Positions 27,280-40,410 of a stretch of DNA of 64,000 bases are shown one piece after another. The notes under the pieces were generated by a model. It saw only the letters and a list, made by a program, of their open reading frames with translations, was not told the DNA's origin and made no database searches. The translations under genes were made by a program, and so were the position numbers. The stretch is from Botryllus schlosseri (taxonomy: Eukaryota). The first letter of the stretch is position 1. Each line of letters opens with the position of its first letter. The DNA lies in the NCBI GenBank assembly GCA_051294905.1, contig CM119373.1:31062001-31126000 (forward strand), given 5' to 3'.

Positions 27280-28893
27280 CAGAGTTGGATCAATTGTAAT
27301 TTGTAATTGTAATTGAATGTAATTAATTACATTTTTCAATGTAATTGTAATGTAATTGTAATTGAAGCATTTTTATTTTGTGTAATTGTAATTGTAATTG
27401 TAATTTGACAAAAATTTTGCTCAATTACAATTTCAATTACATTAAATTGCTATTATGACCTGACAAGCACAACATAAAACAATTGACTTATAATGCATTC
27501 TCTTTAAATGTCGAGAAGGAATTTGGTGGATCCATTCGCGGAAGCCCTTGACTGCGCCCTTGCGGGCGAAGTTTTTTTTAATTTTTACCGCTATGCTGGC
27601 CTCGGCTGCCATTGTATACAATTTTTAGATTACTAACCAACGGATGGATTCGCAACACGTGACTCACGATTGAATACGCCGAGAAGCGAACTGCTGAGCC
27701 GGCTAAAAGCAGCAGAATTGATATTCCCATAGCTGGCGATCCAATCGTCGAAATTTGATATGTATGGTCCTAATCGAAAGCTAGTGTCGCACTGATTCCG
27801 CAATAAAAGTATATTTCCAGGCAATGGTACCATCCCAATATAGTCGTGAAAGTCTGGGAATCGGCATTGTTCTGAACAATCGCTGGGCGTAATTGGTAAT
27901 TGTTGTGGTCATGCTGCTGCAGCGCTCTCACTTTTCAGAGCAGTCGGCCTTAAACGGCTATTTTGGGGCAGTTACATTGCCCTGACGAGATTTCATTTTG
28001 TATTTTCGGAATTAGTACATCAATAGCTTACGATAAATACCAGATGCATCAAATTTGGACGCATGGATCGCCAGCTCTAGGACTACAAAGTTTGCTGCTT
28101 TTAGCCGACTCTGCAGTATGTTTGTAGTTGCATTCATCCGTGACTCACATCTTGCGCATCTATCAGTGGGTTGGCAATCTACCATACGATTTCAGATCAC
28201 GATGCTGCATCGTTATTTCGTCTGGCTAACTAACCAGACCACTGGATATTATATAACGTCTTATCTGACAAAGCACGGTTTTGTTTCCACTCCTCATCCT
28301 AATTCCTACGTCCCTCGATAAAAATAATATTATTACTTTAATTATATACTATAGACGCAAATCCAACACGTGCATATATTATAATACTTTTTCAACGACA
28401 CACTGCACCCTATCCTTAATCCTAACCCATAGGAGATTAGGTAAATAACATTTTACATTTCCAATTACGTGAGCCATAATTACCGAGCATTCAAAACACG
28501 CTTATATTACGCCACAATGACATCTCACATAGCATACTATGTACTTGTACGCACATGAACGCATTTATTACTACACAATCTGAACTAGACTTGAATTGTT
28601 GTTAAAGACGACGCTACGGTTGTCAAGGAGCACGGTTGAATTTATGATTATTAAATTATATGTTCAACAGCAGCAATTGTAATTGTAATTGCAATGTAAT
28701 TGAAGCATGCAAGGAGTAATTGTAATTGTAATTGTAATGTAATTGAAGCATGCAAGGAGTAATTGTAATTGTAATTGTAATTTGATATTTTTAGCTTGGA
28801 GTAATTGTAATTGTAATGTAATTTAAACATTCATGAAAGTAATTGTAATTGTAATGTAATTGAACTGAAAATAATGTAATTGATCCAACTCTG
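27280..28893. mobile_element. hAT-like element with (GTAATT)n subterminal arrays
   Basis: TIRs cagagttggatcaatt / aattgatccaactctg; perfect TSD catccaac (27272-27279, 28894-28901); gtaattgtaatt arrays inside both ends. Confidence 0.9.
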
Positions 28894-29579
28894 CATCCAA
28901 CAAAGTACGCAAAGAGGGATTTGTCTTATATTTATCTACAGAAGACTGCCACAACAACTACTTTGAGGATTCTGGAAATTGTATGCCCTATTGTGACATT
29001 CGTCAGCTATGGGTTCAAAAACTACATGTCAAGGTGGAAAGCAAATGCAGTTCTGCGACCGATGTTGAAACAAAACCTTCAATTTTGTGAACTTCAGAAA
29101 CTACTCTGCTAGAATACTGTACTGATGATAACTATGACAGGAGAGCTCATGTCTGATCATACCATCTTTTATCAGTTCACATATTATATATCGTTAGACT
29201 GGCAAGTAGGCCTATGGCATACTTGATGTGTTTTAGCAAATAAAGTATTGTCTACTCTTGAATGGTAGTGGCGATAGTTTATTTGTATTTTTTGGACTTT
29301 TGACAGACATTTTTAGACTGCAACCATTCATATCGCAAGGTGTCAGCTGTTTGTATTTGGTTAACTATTGAATCGATGACTTTTTTCTATTGGCCTGTAA
29401 TCAAATCTCACATCTAGTTACAACTATCCGGAAATATCCGTATGAAAAGTTACAGCTATCCGACAATATCCGGAAAAAAATCTGCGATAATATCCGAATC
29501 CTATCCGACTGCCAAAAAATTGTCTAATATCCGGTCCGAATGCTATCCGAGTCCGTCCGATGCTCATCACTGGTGTGTA

Positions 29580-29735
29580 TACTGCAAACATGGTGATGAC
29601 GATAATCATGCCTATCACAATGTCTGTGTAGGTAATCATGTCTGCAATCGGGGAGACCTTATCGACATCTTGCAGTCAAGCACTATAGTTGACATAGGCT
29701 ACGTGGGCGAAATCACAACAATTCCGAGCGATAGG
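29580..29735 (-). pseudogene. Fragment of a CD20/MS4A-like gene
   Basis: tacgtgggcgaaatcacaacaattccgagcgata matches the 16293 gene (reads LSLGIVVISPT* versus LSLGIVVISLTY); truncated by a Penelope fragment. Confidence 0.6.
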
Positions 29736-29736
29736 C

Positions 29737-30290
29737 GAGCGTGATGCACGTGCTCTGATAAATCTGGGGATATGTTGGTTTATGCTTTCCTGCATACGCT
29801 TTGACGTTCTTCCCACGTGCATAACGCTCGGGGAAAAGCTCACCCTTAACTCATCCACTCAAGCTTGATGCTGACCGATCGAAAGCCATTAATTCTGCAA
29901 TCGGCAAGCATTTGTTGGATAATCAGATTTGTGCGAATAATTATAGAGACGACAAATTTCGCATTATTGGGAGGAGCTGTTTACACCTCCACTTGTGTCC
30001 CTCGAAGACGACTTTCATCAAAATACACCAACCTAAACTCTGTCAACATAAGGAGTTCGTGTATACCACCTGGCAATAGTGCACTGAACGCTCTCTCATT
30101 CGAAGTTTCATGCTGGTGACGTCATATTTTGTGATACGATTGTTGATATACAATGTTCTTTCTTATTCTCTACTAGTTGCTGATGATTACCCGTGACGAG
30201 TGTCAGCCAAAAATATTCGCGTTGCATTTCAATATCAATATACAATTCAATTGTATACCGAAGTTCTGCATCTCCAAGAAGCTCTTTAAA
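29737..30290 (+). mobile_element. Second, decayed copy of the Penelope-like element (short inverted GIY-YIG fragment plus pLTR)
   Basis: Clear similarity to 17495-17575 and, in inverted orientation, to 17039-17481; hammerhead core mutated (gtgacga...caaaaat at about 30189-30222). Confidence 0.85.
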
Positions 30291-31889
30291 CCGTAGTATA
30301 CAATGATCCGTAGTAGGCAAAGAGCATTTTCCATATGTCACAATTTGTGTATTTTTAGCACTTTTCGACCCAAAAATATGAATTATTTTTAAAAATCGAA
30401 CCAATTCAGAAAAAGTAATGTAATTATTTGATTTAGCGACCTAAAAATACTCTAAAACCTTTAAACTTTTCTTGGCACCAAAATTTTTTGACTAGTGATA
30501 TTAATAAACCAAATTCCAACGTCCGCGTTTCCAATTCTTGTATTCCCTCGACGAAGCATATGCAGGGCTAACGTCAGATTACAACTAAATCCAATGGAGC
30601 ATAGACTATGCCAACTTATATCGTCGTTAACGCCACTGTTTTATCAGTTCCTAACTGTATTCAACCGGACAGTCATTGTAGTTCTGCCAGGTCCATTGTT
30701 CACGAATAAAGACTCGTTACTTTAAAAAACCGTATGTTCCATGTATTATCTACACTACATTATATGCTATTCAGGCATTCAAGTGAACAGCAAGAGCACG
30801 AGGTAACCTTTTGTAATCATTTGACTGGTCGAGCCCGCGAGCGATTTGAAGGCCTGAGTCCGGCCTGCGACGCAATTTGAGTTTGACACCCCTGCTGTAG
30901 TGTACATAAGCATTTAAACAAGCATGATGTATTTCTTTGCTCGTATTCTTAAATACCAACTTTCATCGCAAGGCAATTATATGAAAATGCAGAATCGATT
31001 TTACTAAGATTGCTGTATAGACCTACATATCGCCTATAGCAGACCTGGGCAAAGTGCGCCCGCGAAGCAATTCTGTGCGGCCCGCGAAAGGTTGCTTGGA
31101 ATTCAAAACATAAGACTTGCTTTTTGAATGACTTAAACTATAGGTTGTATCAACTGAACAGGAAATTCGTTTACTTTGAAGCCTGTTCATTATTATGCTA
31201 CGATTACGCTGCCTTCGTACCCCGCATGAGTAATCCCTATTAAAATAAAGGCAATGCGGCAAAGTATGAGTAGCGATTGAAGTCACAAGAAATCACTTTT
31301 TCCATATCGTTTAGTTCAAACCTACTTCGTTGCCATTGTCACACAACGCATTATTCGGTATGCGTTTGAAATTGTTATGTGATACGTTTCCAAATCTATA
31401 ATTCGTGAAACAAGTCAATTAGTGCTCGCGATTATTATATGACTCATCATATCTATCACCTATAACGGATTAACAGGCATACCACAATAAGAAAGCCGAA
31501 AACTGAAATTCAAAGAAGGTTTGTATACTGGAGTTAGGGGTAAACCCGTCCTTCTAGTTTTTGGCGAGCATGTCGCCGAGATCCAGAGCTTTAATTAAAA
31601 TCGGTCTTAGGACAAAACATGAAACACTGGGTCAAGGGAGCGCGAAGTTCAGAAAAGCTGCCAAGCTTCGTTCAACATCAAGGCAATTTATGCTGCACAC
31701 TGCTCGGAAGGCAGCGGCCAAGACAATAAGCTTCGTACTATTGTATGTACATTTCAGTGCACTAGTTCTCGAACTGGAGGGGGCGTGAACGCATCAGCTG
31801 GTGGGCGCGAAGCCGAAGTTTAATTAACATCTTTTCGCGCATCGTGCGATTTACCTCCAGCTTATGGTTGTTGACTTTGATAACTCAAA

Positions 31890-33100
31890 ATTCTCTCATC
31901 AACAGCCATACACTTCCATGCCATCAAAATATCTGTTGGTATTGCTGGATTTTTGGTAAGGTACAATATTAGGCGTGTACCAAAATTTATAAGCATATTG
32001 AAGTTATTCTAGAATAGTGTCTACGTCTATAACAGGAAAAAACTTCAATTATTCGTTTCATTCGACTTTGAATGTTTACCAAATTAATGAGAGTAGAGCG
32101 ACAGCTTCAATTGGAGAAAATTCCACAAACATTGCGATCATACCGTAATTGACCATTGTAAAGAGTGATACAGAGCAAGGGTATCAAACTCAACTTATGG
32201 GTCGCGGGCCGGATTCATACCTTTTGATCGCCAGCGGGTCAATCCAGTCAAATGGGTCCAACTGTTATCTCCATATCCATTCCCGTGTTTTTCGCTTTAT
32301 TACTTCTTTATTCTCGAAGCTTATATACATAATCGTATATTACGGATCTTATGGATATGCTATATTGTAGCAACACCTCTATTCGCAGGCAATGGAATTG
32401 GCCAAAATACGATGGTTGGTCGATTGCATACATTATAACTAGTAATGAAGCGAAACTGATTTGGACGCAACAATGCTGTCTGGCGAGACGAGAGAGTAGC
32501 TCAGGACGCAACAATGCTGTCTGGCGAAACGAGAAAGCAGCTCAAGAGAAAAAGAGCCAGACAGCATTGTTGCGTCCGAATGCCAATCTCCATAACAATG
32601 AAAAATTCGAGGATGATGGTGGGAGTTCCAGGGCCACGAGCGGAATAAAATTTATATTTTCGTAATCAGTGCAGAGTCAGCTTTCGATTGATACCCGTTT
32701 TACCAAATTTAACGCTCGGCAAGCCGGTCAAAAATGACCGTCAAATTGCCTGCAGCCAAATGGAAATCGTGACGTGATAAAATTTCACTGAGGCGTGAGA
32801 TTTGTCTGTGTCGACACCATATAGGACACTATGCTAATATGTTTCGTTGCTATGGTGATGCCGCTTCTTCATTCATGCTTCAGTTGCGGCGGAGCCTGTA
32901 CCGGAGATTCACCACCGCTGGCGACACAAATCCATCAAATAACTGTGACGCAGCCGCATACCACTGTGTCTGTGAGTCCGCAATACGCCTGCAGTCCTAG
33001 TGGACAGATGGTAACTTCTTTGAATCCGGCGCAATACTACCAATCAGCCGAGGCGCCGCCTACGTACTACAATCCAGGCTATTCTGTAGAAGAGAAATAA
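31890..33100 (+). pseudogene. Fragmented, possibly spliced CD20/MS4A-like gene; terminal part 32825-33100
   Basis: MLICFVAMVMPLLHSCFSCGGAC resembles TM4 of the 24006 copy, followed by a tail with PPTY; exon-like piece ag|...AIKISVGIAGFL|gtaagg at about 31894-31947. Full structure not reconstructed. Confidence 0.4.
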
Positions 33101-33250
33101 TAAACTACATTATATTGTGCTCTATTGACTGCTGCCATTGATAGTGATTCATTGCATGGATTATTTCGTTAGCAGCGATTGTATGTAAAACGTGGTTCTC
33201 CAATTCAATTGTGCTCGCATGCTCATTCTGAACCTTTAATGATCTTACAA

Positions 33251-33578
33251 TAGGGTTACCATACGTCCTCTTTTAAGAGGATTTTGTCCTCTTGTTTGAC
33301 TTTTCTTTAATGTCCTAGAAGAACGCCTAAATGTCCTCTTTTTTGAGAATTTTGGTTAAATGTACGTGGAAATTGAACTGAGATAGAGGAAATTAGCGGC
33401 CAAGTAACGGACCGAGGGTTTTTTTCGGGACTTGAGCCAGAAAAACTACCTTTATTTCGTCAACCGTCCATAAAGTCGGGAAAAATGTACCATTTTTCAG
33501 GATTTTACTCCGGCATTGTAAGTCTGAAAATTTTGAAAAAGTGTCCCCTTTTCAGATATCTAAAATATAGTAACCCTA
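33251..33578. mobile_element. TAGGGTTACC-family MITE
   Basis: Termini tagggttaccat / atagtaacccta; TSD tcttacaa / tcttacga. Confidence 0.8.
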
Positions 33579-36408
33579 TCTTACGAGCACCATTCACATT
33601 TCCCTTTCGAAAAATGTAAGTTTATTGCAGAAATTACAGAACCAAATAAATTGATAGATGTTCGATACGTGTTTCTTATATTCGTTATCACACACCCTTT
33701 TGCTGAATAGTAGCTGCCGAGACCGCCGTTTTAAAGTGAATGTAAGTTCGTAGGCCAGTGACACAATGCAGCATCGCTACATGCAACGAAAATTCAGTAA
33801 TATGCCAACTGTACATCGTTTTATATCGACGAAATGGCGGTGGATCCCACAGTTAAGATATACTTGGTATCCAACTTTTTTTGTGCAAGTATACAGGAAA
33901 TCGTTCATTCATTGCGTGGCAATGTCTATTCCGCCGTACTTATAATACGTCACCTATACAATATCGTTCCCTCAGATTTGCTTACTCGTTCGAATGCTCG
34001 ATTAATGGAAACATTTCCAGCTTCACGCATGAAATGTATCGATCTCATGGATCATGTTGATATAATGAAAATATATTTACTACACAACGAATCTGAGAAT
34101 GTATGATAACGGTATATTGCAGGGGTGGGCAAACTGCGGCTCGCTTTCTGCATGCGACTCTTTCAGCCTTTGATTGCACACGCGTTTCGCCATTTTGCTT
34201 GAGAGGTTCCGCATAATTATAAAGTGATCTATTTTATCGATCGCGTATTAACAATATACCTATTGTTTTCGTGTTGTTACTTCCCCTAATGGTTTACGCA
34301 AGACTTGAAATTTAGAATTGTCCAATTGAACTCGCGAATCGAGTTCACACAAACGTTTCACCCGCATCAATGGATGCCTTTTCATCAATCTCTGATATAT
34401 CTTTGTGTTCACAATGAACTTGATATTTAACTACGCCAGGGCAGGTCACAATCATTTCCGGGCTAGCAATGGTGAATACGGCTGTTCCATTTTATTGTAA
34501 AGGTTAGCAATAGCTGCAGAGTTTTGGCCAAGAAAGGGCCTCCGAGGTTACCAAACTGAAATCATCCTAAAATTTTCATCCGCACTTGAATGAAATGCTC
34601 CGAACGGCTTAGACTTCATATCAGCCTGATTTCAGACACATTGTAGCCCAGGTGGAGACGCACCGTATCAGTATCACCACAGAATAATAAACTTTATTCG
34701 ATACCCAACATTTCATTGTGACGTCATAAATTCGAATATTTGAATTTTGGTGTTGTGGCTCTTTTAAAGTTGATATTTGTGATATGCGGCTCGCGCAACC
34801 CTGGTATATAGCGTTGTCACTGCGCTACAAAAAATATGTTGACAAATAACTTCATTCGAATGATGCTGTTGTGGATGTTGTATATTGAAACAAAAATCTA
34901 GCACTTATCACCTGCTGGTCTAACATTCGAATGTATGTCATGGTTCTCAAAAGCCATTATCTGCCAACTTTCAAACCGGTCCACGAAATATATTTCAATT
35001 TTTTGAAGACTTTAACACTAATTTGGGGAGTTTTTGACTGATTTAGAAATTTCGAACTTAATTTCCGAACGCTTTTTAACGGAGGATAGAGAGTTCATGG
35101 TCTACTTTCGTCTTATATGTCACAATGCTGCAGGTCTTGTATCAAACTGTTTAAAAGTAACCTCCAAGTCGTTCGCGACCAGTGATATGTAAAGGAAGAC
35201 GTTTTAAGTACAATTTTACGATATCCGAATTAGCGAATTTGATAGTATAACATAAACTCAAATAGTACGACGCGTAGCGGGTATCGTATATATAATTATG
35301 CTAGTCCGCAAGTATAGAAAAGCTTGAGAACCACCGATCTCTATTATATGCGTGGTGAGATGCAACTAAAACAATAGCAAAACTACGACAAACAATAATC
35401 CGTGTTCAGTTGTTCACTGATACCCAGAAAAATTGTAAATCAAGAGGTTGTCTTTTCAGGACAGCAGCTACCGACTCAGCAAGTCAATCACGAAAAAATG
35501 ACACCCACAATGTCGACCTCGGTCGGACTGAATCTGCAACCCCTTGGTGTTGTAGCTGTGGATCATACCACTACGCTATCTCGCCACATTTTTTTCGCGT
35601 ACAAATGAATTTAAGATGAACCGAATACGGTTTCGAGGTATTCACGGTGTATTCTAGTAATCAGATTTGCCGTAATATAACAAAACCTGTTCAGTAGAAA
35701 ACAGTTTCGTGAATAGTTTACCTGTCACTGACAGGTGAATCAACACTACCAAACTTGAAAAAATCATCCACCAGTGTGGAGTGTCTCGTGTGTAGTCATG
35801 CCATGCAAGTTTTGTATTAAATAGTAAACCTTTTTCAATAATTAAATAATGACAATGCGCCAAAACGCAGCAGGGCTGAGTTGTGTGAGATAAGTAGTAG
35901 CGCCGTCATAAATTCGACCATATCCCAGTTCATAGTCCAATCGTCACCTGTACTTGATTGTGAAAGGACATTATCTTATAGGATATCGTTTGATAGTATT
36001 CCGAGCGTATCGGTGTCTTCACACGTCGATACTGCATCACAGTTAGTAAAGCGAACATATATTATAGACCTCAAAGTCAAGACATTCCCAGAAATACACC
36101 AACCGAGTCGGTGTCGAATGAGCTTAGTATTACGGCAGGGAGAAAAGTGGTGCTTTGTGTAAGCATTTCCAAATCATATCGTAAAATGGGCATTTCATTC
36201 CAAGACTTATATGTAAAGGTAAGACCAATTCGCGTCACTGTGTTTTGAGAGTTATGCAGAGAGTAATGAATAGCCTATGTATATAGGGTAAATTGCAACG
36301 GCTATGTCGATGCGCTAGTTTCGTATGTTTAGTCAGAGATTTGACTGTGCGATGTGACAAGACTGTAACAGTTTTGCCTGTTGAAAAATATATTTAATAT
36401 TGGAATAA

Positions 36409-36500
36409 ACCCGAGTATTTTCGGTTGACATTCGTCAGGTGTACTCGTCAGCAACTACTGTAGTGGAGAATTAAATGGAACATTGTATATCAATATTCAA
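36409..36500 (-). mobile_element. Solo Penelope pLTR remnant with hammerhead-like core
   Basis: Reverse strand cctgacgaatgtcaaccgaaaatactcgggt and adjoining sequence match the 18270-18350 pLTR. Confidence 0.7.
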
Positions 36501-36858
36501 CAGTCGACGAGTCTCAGCCACAAATATTTAAATGTATTGTATATATTACTCGATTTTATACCTACATTTTGTAGCTCAAGTGTTTTGCCTGTATAAATCA
36601 GCCTAGCGGAGCGTGACATAGCACTGCTATCTCGGTCTGTTCATTGACAGGGATTTGAAAGTTACAGTGGCGTATTGGTAATTCATACTATCTTGAGAGT
36701 AATTCATTCTCGTTCATGTTACAACGAGGATATATGACGCAATGATGCAATGCAATAGCAGGGACATTAGACAACCACCGAACTTCTATAATAAAACTCA
36801 CTGACAATTTACTCTTAGTTCTAAGCCGCATAATGTAGCTACCTACAAGACGTTAAAG

Positions 36859-37350
36859 ATGTCGGGTCATATATTGATACATCAACGGGATTTTCTCAAC
36901 ATCAAAGAAGGAGGTCGACGAGCTAAACGGCACTTAAATAACATTGCACGAATAGAGGCCACTCTTGGCGGTCTGTCAATACTAATCTCTATTGGCACGA
37001 TAATACTGTCGACACCACAAGACGGACTTCGATTTGTAAACACACAGGACGGCATCGTAACTCACAGTTATCAAGGCATATGGAGTGGATCGCTTCTGAT
37101 TGTATGCGCAACTGTGGCGTTTCTGTCCGGCAAAAAGCAAAGCTCTGGGATACCTACCTTAAGTGTGATACTATCGACGGCGACTGCTATTGTATTATTT
37201 GTATCCGTGATATTATCTGTGTTATCTTCCACAGTCCATACGTACCTGGGGCAACCTATGATGGTTTTACTGCACGCGATTGTCATTGTTTTGGGGTTCG
37301 CGGGGCTAATCACGGTGGTTGTACAATGTACATTCATGCATTTCCGGTAG
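36859..37350 (+). CDS. Intronless four-TM CD20/MS4A-like protein (163 aa as read; probably frameshifted before its tail)
   Basis: Four TM segments with SYQGIWSGSLLIV (family TM2 motif). Stops right after TM4; a plausible tail continues in another frame to 37519. Confidence 0.8.
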   Translation: MSGHILIHQRDFLNIKEGGRRAKRHLNNIARIEATLGGLSILISIGTIILSTPQDGLRFVNTQDGIVTHSYQGIWSGSLLIVCATVAFLSGKKQSSGIPTLSVILSTATAIVLFVSVILSVLSSTVHTYLGQPMMVLLHAIVIVLGFAGLITVVVQCTFMHFR

Positions 37351-40300
37351 ACAAAAATACAACGTTTCCGTGCGTTTCTCTCGGCGACTGATGGAAAACA
37401 CGTCGTTGGCGACCAGCGATGCTCCAAATCACCCCACCGTCAAGACACAAGACATTCCGAATATCGAATGCGCGTCTGGATCAGGGCCGATTTACCAGCA
37501 GATTTATCACGAAATCTGAGGTCTATACATTGACTATTCAACGTTGCCTACAATTATTACGATAACATCAAAGCACTGTGCTGACAGTTCAAAACGATTT
37601 TGCGATTGATTTTGCTGTTTTAGTATTTATCGTGTCTTTACTATACTGATATTGATATTCACTATTATGATTCCCAATCTGCCGACTTGTAACACGCCCC
37701 ACTTTGTTATCGGGCTTTGAAAGACACCACTTAAGCGGATCAGATTCTTGATAAGAGCGTAGGTAAACCCGCAACTGTTATACATGAACTCTAGACTAGT
37801 CCCGTGATGCTGTAGCTATCTCTCTAACTCTCCAAATTGTAATTTCTATGTTGACGCAATGGTTCCGTCCTACTATCGCATAACATGCATGGTGGGAGTG
37901 ACTGAGAAAATGGCAAGTGCTATAAGTGCCGTCTATAATAAAATACGTTATGCGCGCAAACAATTTTCTCGGCTTGATTTCTGCGAATTAGATTCTGAAT
38001 TCAAATGTACGCACATTGTATCCAAAAACTTTTGCGGCAAAAGCTGTGACTTCGGTATTAGCTTATCCACTGATTTTAAGCTTTTATATAGTGTCTCGCA
38101 TCAGAAACAAGCAATACTATCATTAAAGACAGGGAATGGCAATATGCGGCCCCCGATGAGATTTTGAGCAGCCCGCAGAGAGTTTTTTTCTCAGGAAAGG
38201 GAAATTATAATCCGAAAGTAATGACAAATTTTATGCGTCACAGAAGGAATCCAAGTTTGCCAACCCGAGAAAGATGGTCATGAACCTACCTGTTCTGTTT
38301 GGGCCTAAAACATTTTCGACTATGTACATTAACAAGACAGGGCTAGCCTACGTTCCGATACAGCTGATGTTCACAAGCAGTCTTTACTAAGGGTTTCTAC
38401 ATCCGACATGCAGCCAGAGCTCAAATAACTTGTGGAAAACCTTGATCGACCACACATTTCAGATTAACTTCAACAGCTATTGAAGTAGATTAGGTTAATA
38501 AATTTATTATATATTGTTATTATTCTCGCGTTTACAATAAATACAATTTATTCCTTGTATAGGGGGATAAATACGGGATTAATATATCCATCATGTAATC
38601 CGGCCCGCTAAGTACTTCATTTTCACGTATCAGGTCCGCTGACCGGATAAGTTGCCCGCCCCTGATTTATAGGCAATTATATACGACTGTGCAATTGTGC
38701 ATGTGCATGAGTCTTTGTACAGGTGTACACTGTCCAGTGTCTATAGTCCATACTTTTTATTGTCGAAAAAGCAAAGATACACTACATTGATGTCACGAAC
38801 CTATAATTCAATGCTACATATACCAGCACCTGATCGCAGAATTGTAACTAAATATTGGTAAAAGTTACTAAAAGTTGAAGATTACACATCAAAACAAAGT
38901 GATGTCAACATTGGAATATAAAGGACATTAGGGTAACAAGAGCATAACAGTAAATAGCATTCAATCAATAAAGACTCACCAATTCAGGCGATTTGATCAC
39001 TGTGTTAAAACACAAACAACGAGAGGATTCCAGAAAAGAAAATGCATTCTGGAAAATACTAGGGATAGTACGAACCTCTAGAAGGTTCAAATTCGTGTGA
39101 ACGCGAACCTTTTTGGAAAGTTCTGTGGGAACGCGAACGTGAACCTTATGACGTCACATGACGTGATATTGCTAATCCAACCCTATATTTCAGTGAAGGG
39201 ACATATTAATGTACTAGATACCTAGCGACGACTTAGGCCACATTATTCTACAATGCTGTAGTACATGCTGACCTTTTAAAAGTCACCAAATGTATCAACT
39301 GGAACAATCATATGACATGATATCATCAATCTTTTCCGTCGATTCATCAACCATTTCGTCGAGGACTTGCGAGTGGATATATAAGCCTACGCCTTATTGG
39401 TCTCCGTCAGACCGGACAATGTATTTTGCGTGACTATTGCTGGATTGATATTGAGCAGAGTAGTAAATGAATTTCTATTTCAGTGGTTCCCAAACGATGG
39501 GGAATTCCCCTCTGGTGGCAATTTCGGGATTTATGATAGGGAATAGACTCACTTTTGAAAAAATCTTTGCAGTTCTGATTTATTAAATGTCGTTTTGAAA
39601 TGCCGATCGTATCTCTCATATTTCTTAGCTCATTTGCAATTCAGCGATTCATATTATCATTGCCTCCAATTCGCGTGAATCGCATGGATAGCGACACGTG
39701 ATATCCAGCAACTGTTTGTATTCATTTGTACGCCATCATCGGTCACGAAACGTAGCGATAGAATTATCCTGATTCGTTGTAATAAGAGGTCATATTGCTG
39801 AACATGAATTCAAGAGAGATCATGGACTCGCTAATTGAAAGCACATCCAGACTTGTTACAAATGCAACTACATATTTATTTAATTTCAAGTTCTTTTAAT
39901 AGCGTGCGAAAGTGAAGTTTGCGGAAGCTTATATATATATTAGGGTTGTCCAAAATTTGGAAAATCTTAAAAATACCCCGTGATTGTGTCTCATTCCATA
40001 GATTATTGATAAAAAATAACAATGAGCCCAAAAGCAGCTCACGGGAAAGCCGTTAAGATTTCGGCCAAAGCGTTTTAAAGTAGCTGCCCAAGAATGGGCG
40101 TGCCACCGACCATAGAACGGCGAGAAGACTAGTAATCAAATAACCACGGCTCCTGATTGGCTAATTGGCTATGCTTCAATGATCACCACAGCAACAACTT
40201 GCTGATTATGTGCTCAAGGAGTCTGCTACCGGTGGGGATTCTGAAATCGCGTTGTTGGTAGGTTGGCAGATGATGATTTAAGATTAATTCAGGACATGTT

Positions 40301-40410
40301 AAGGTACGAAATACATGATGAACAATCAACAGCTGCTTCACATAAACTTCTACAGCATGACTGCTTTGCTGTGAAGGAAACGGCTGTAGCCTACATGCCG
40401 TGTTTTCATC

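Noticed and set aside
19422-30895. Inverted caggggtgt(a/c)aaactca ends as one 11-kb composite transposon
   Set aside because: Flanks (ctttacac versus ctgtagtg) do not form a TSD; more likely ends of two separate MITE copies.
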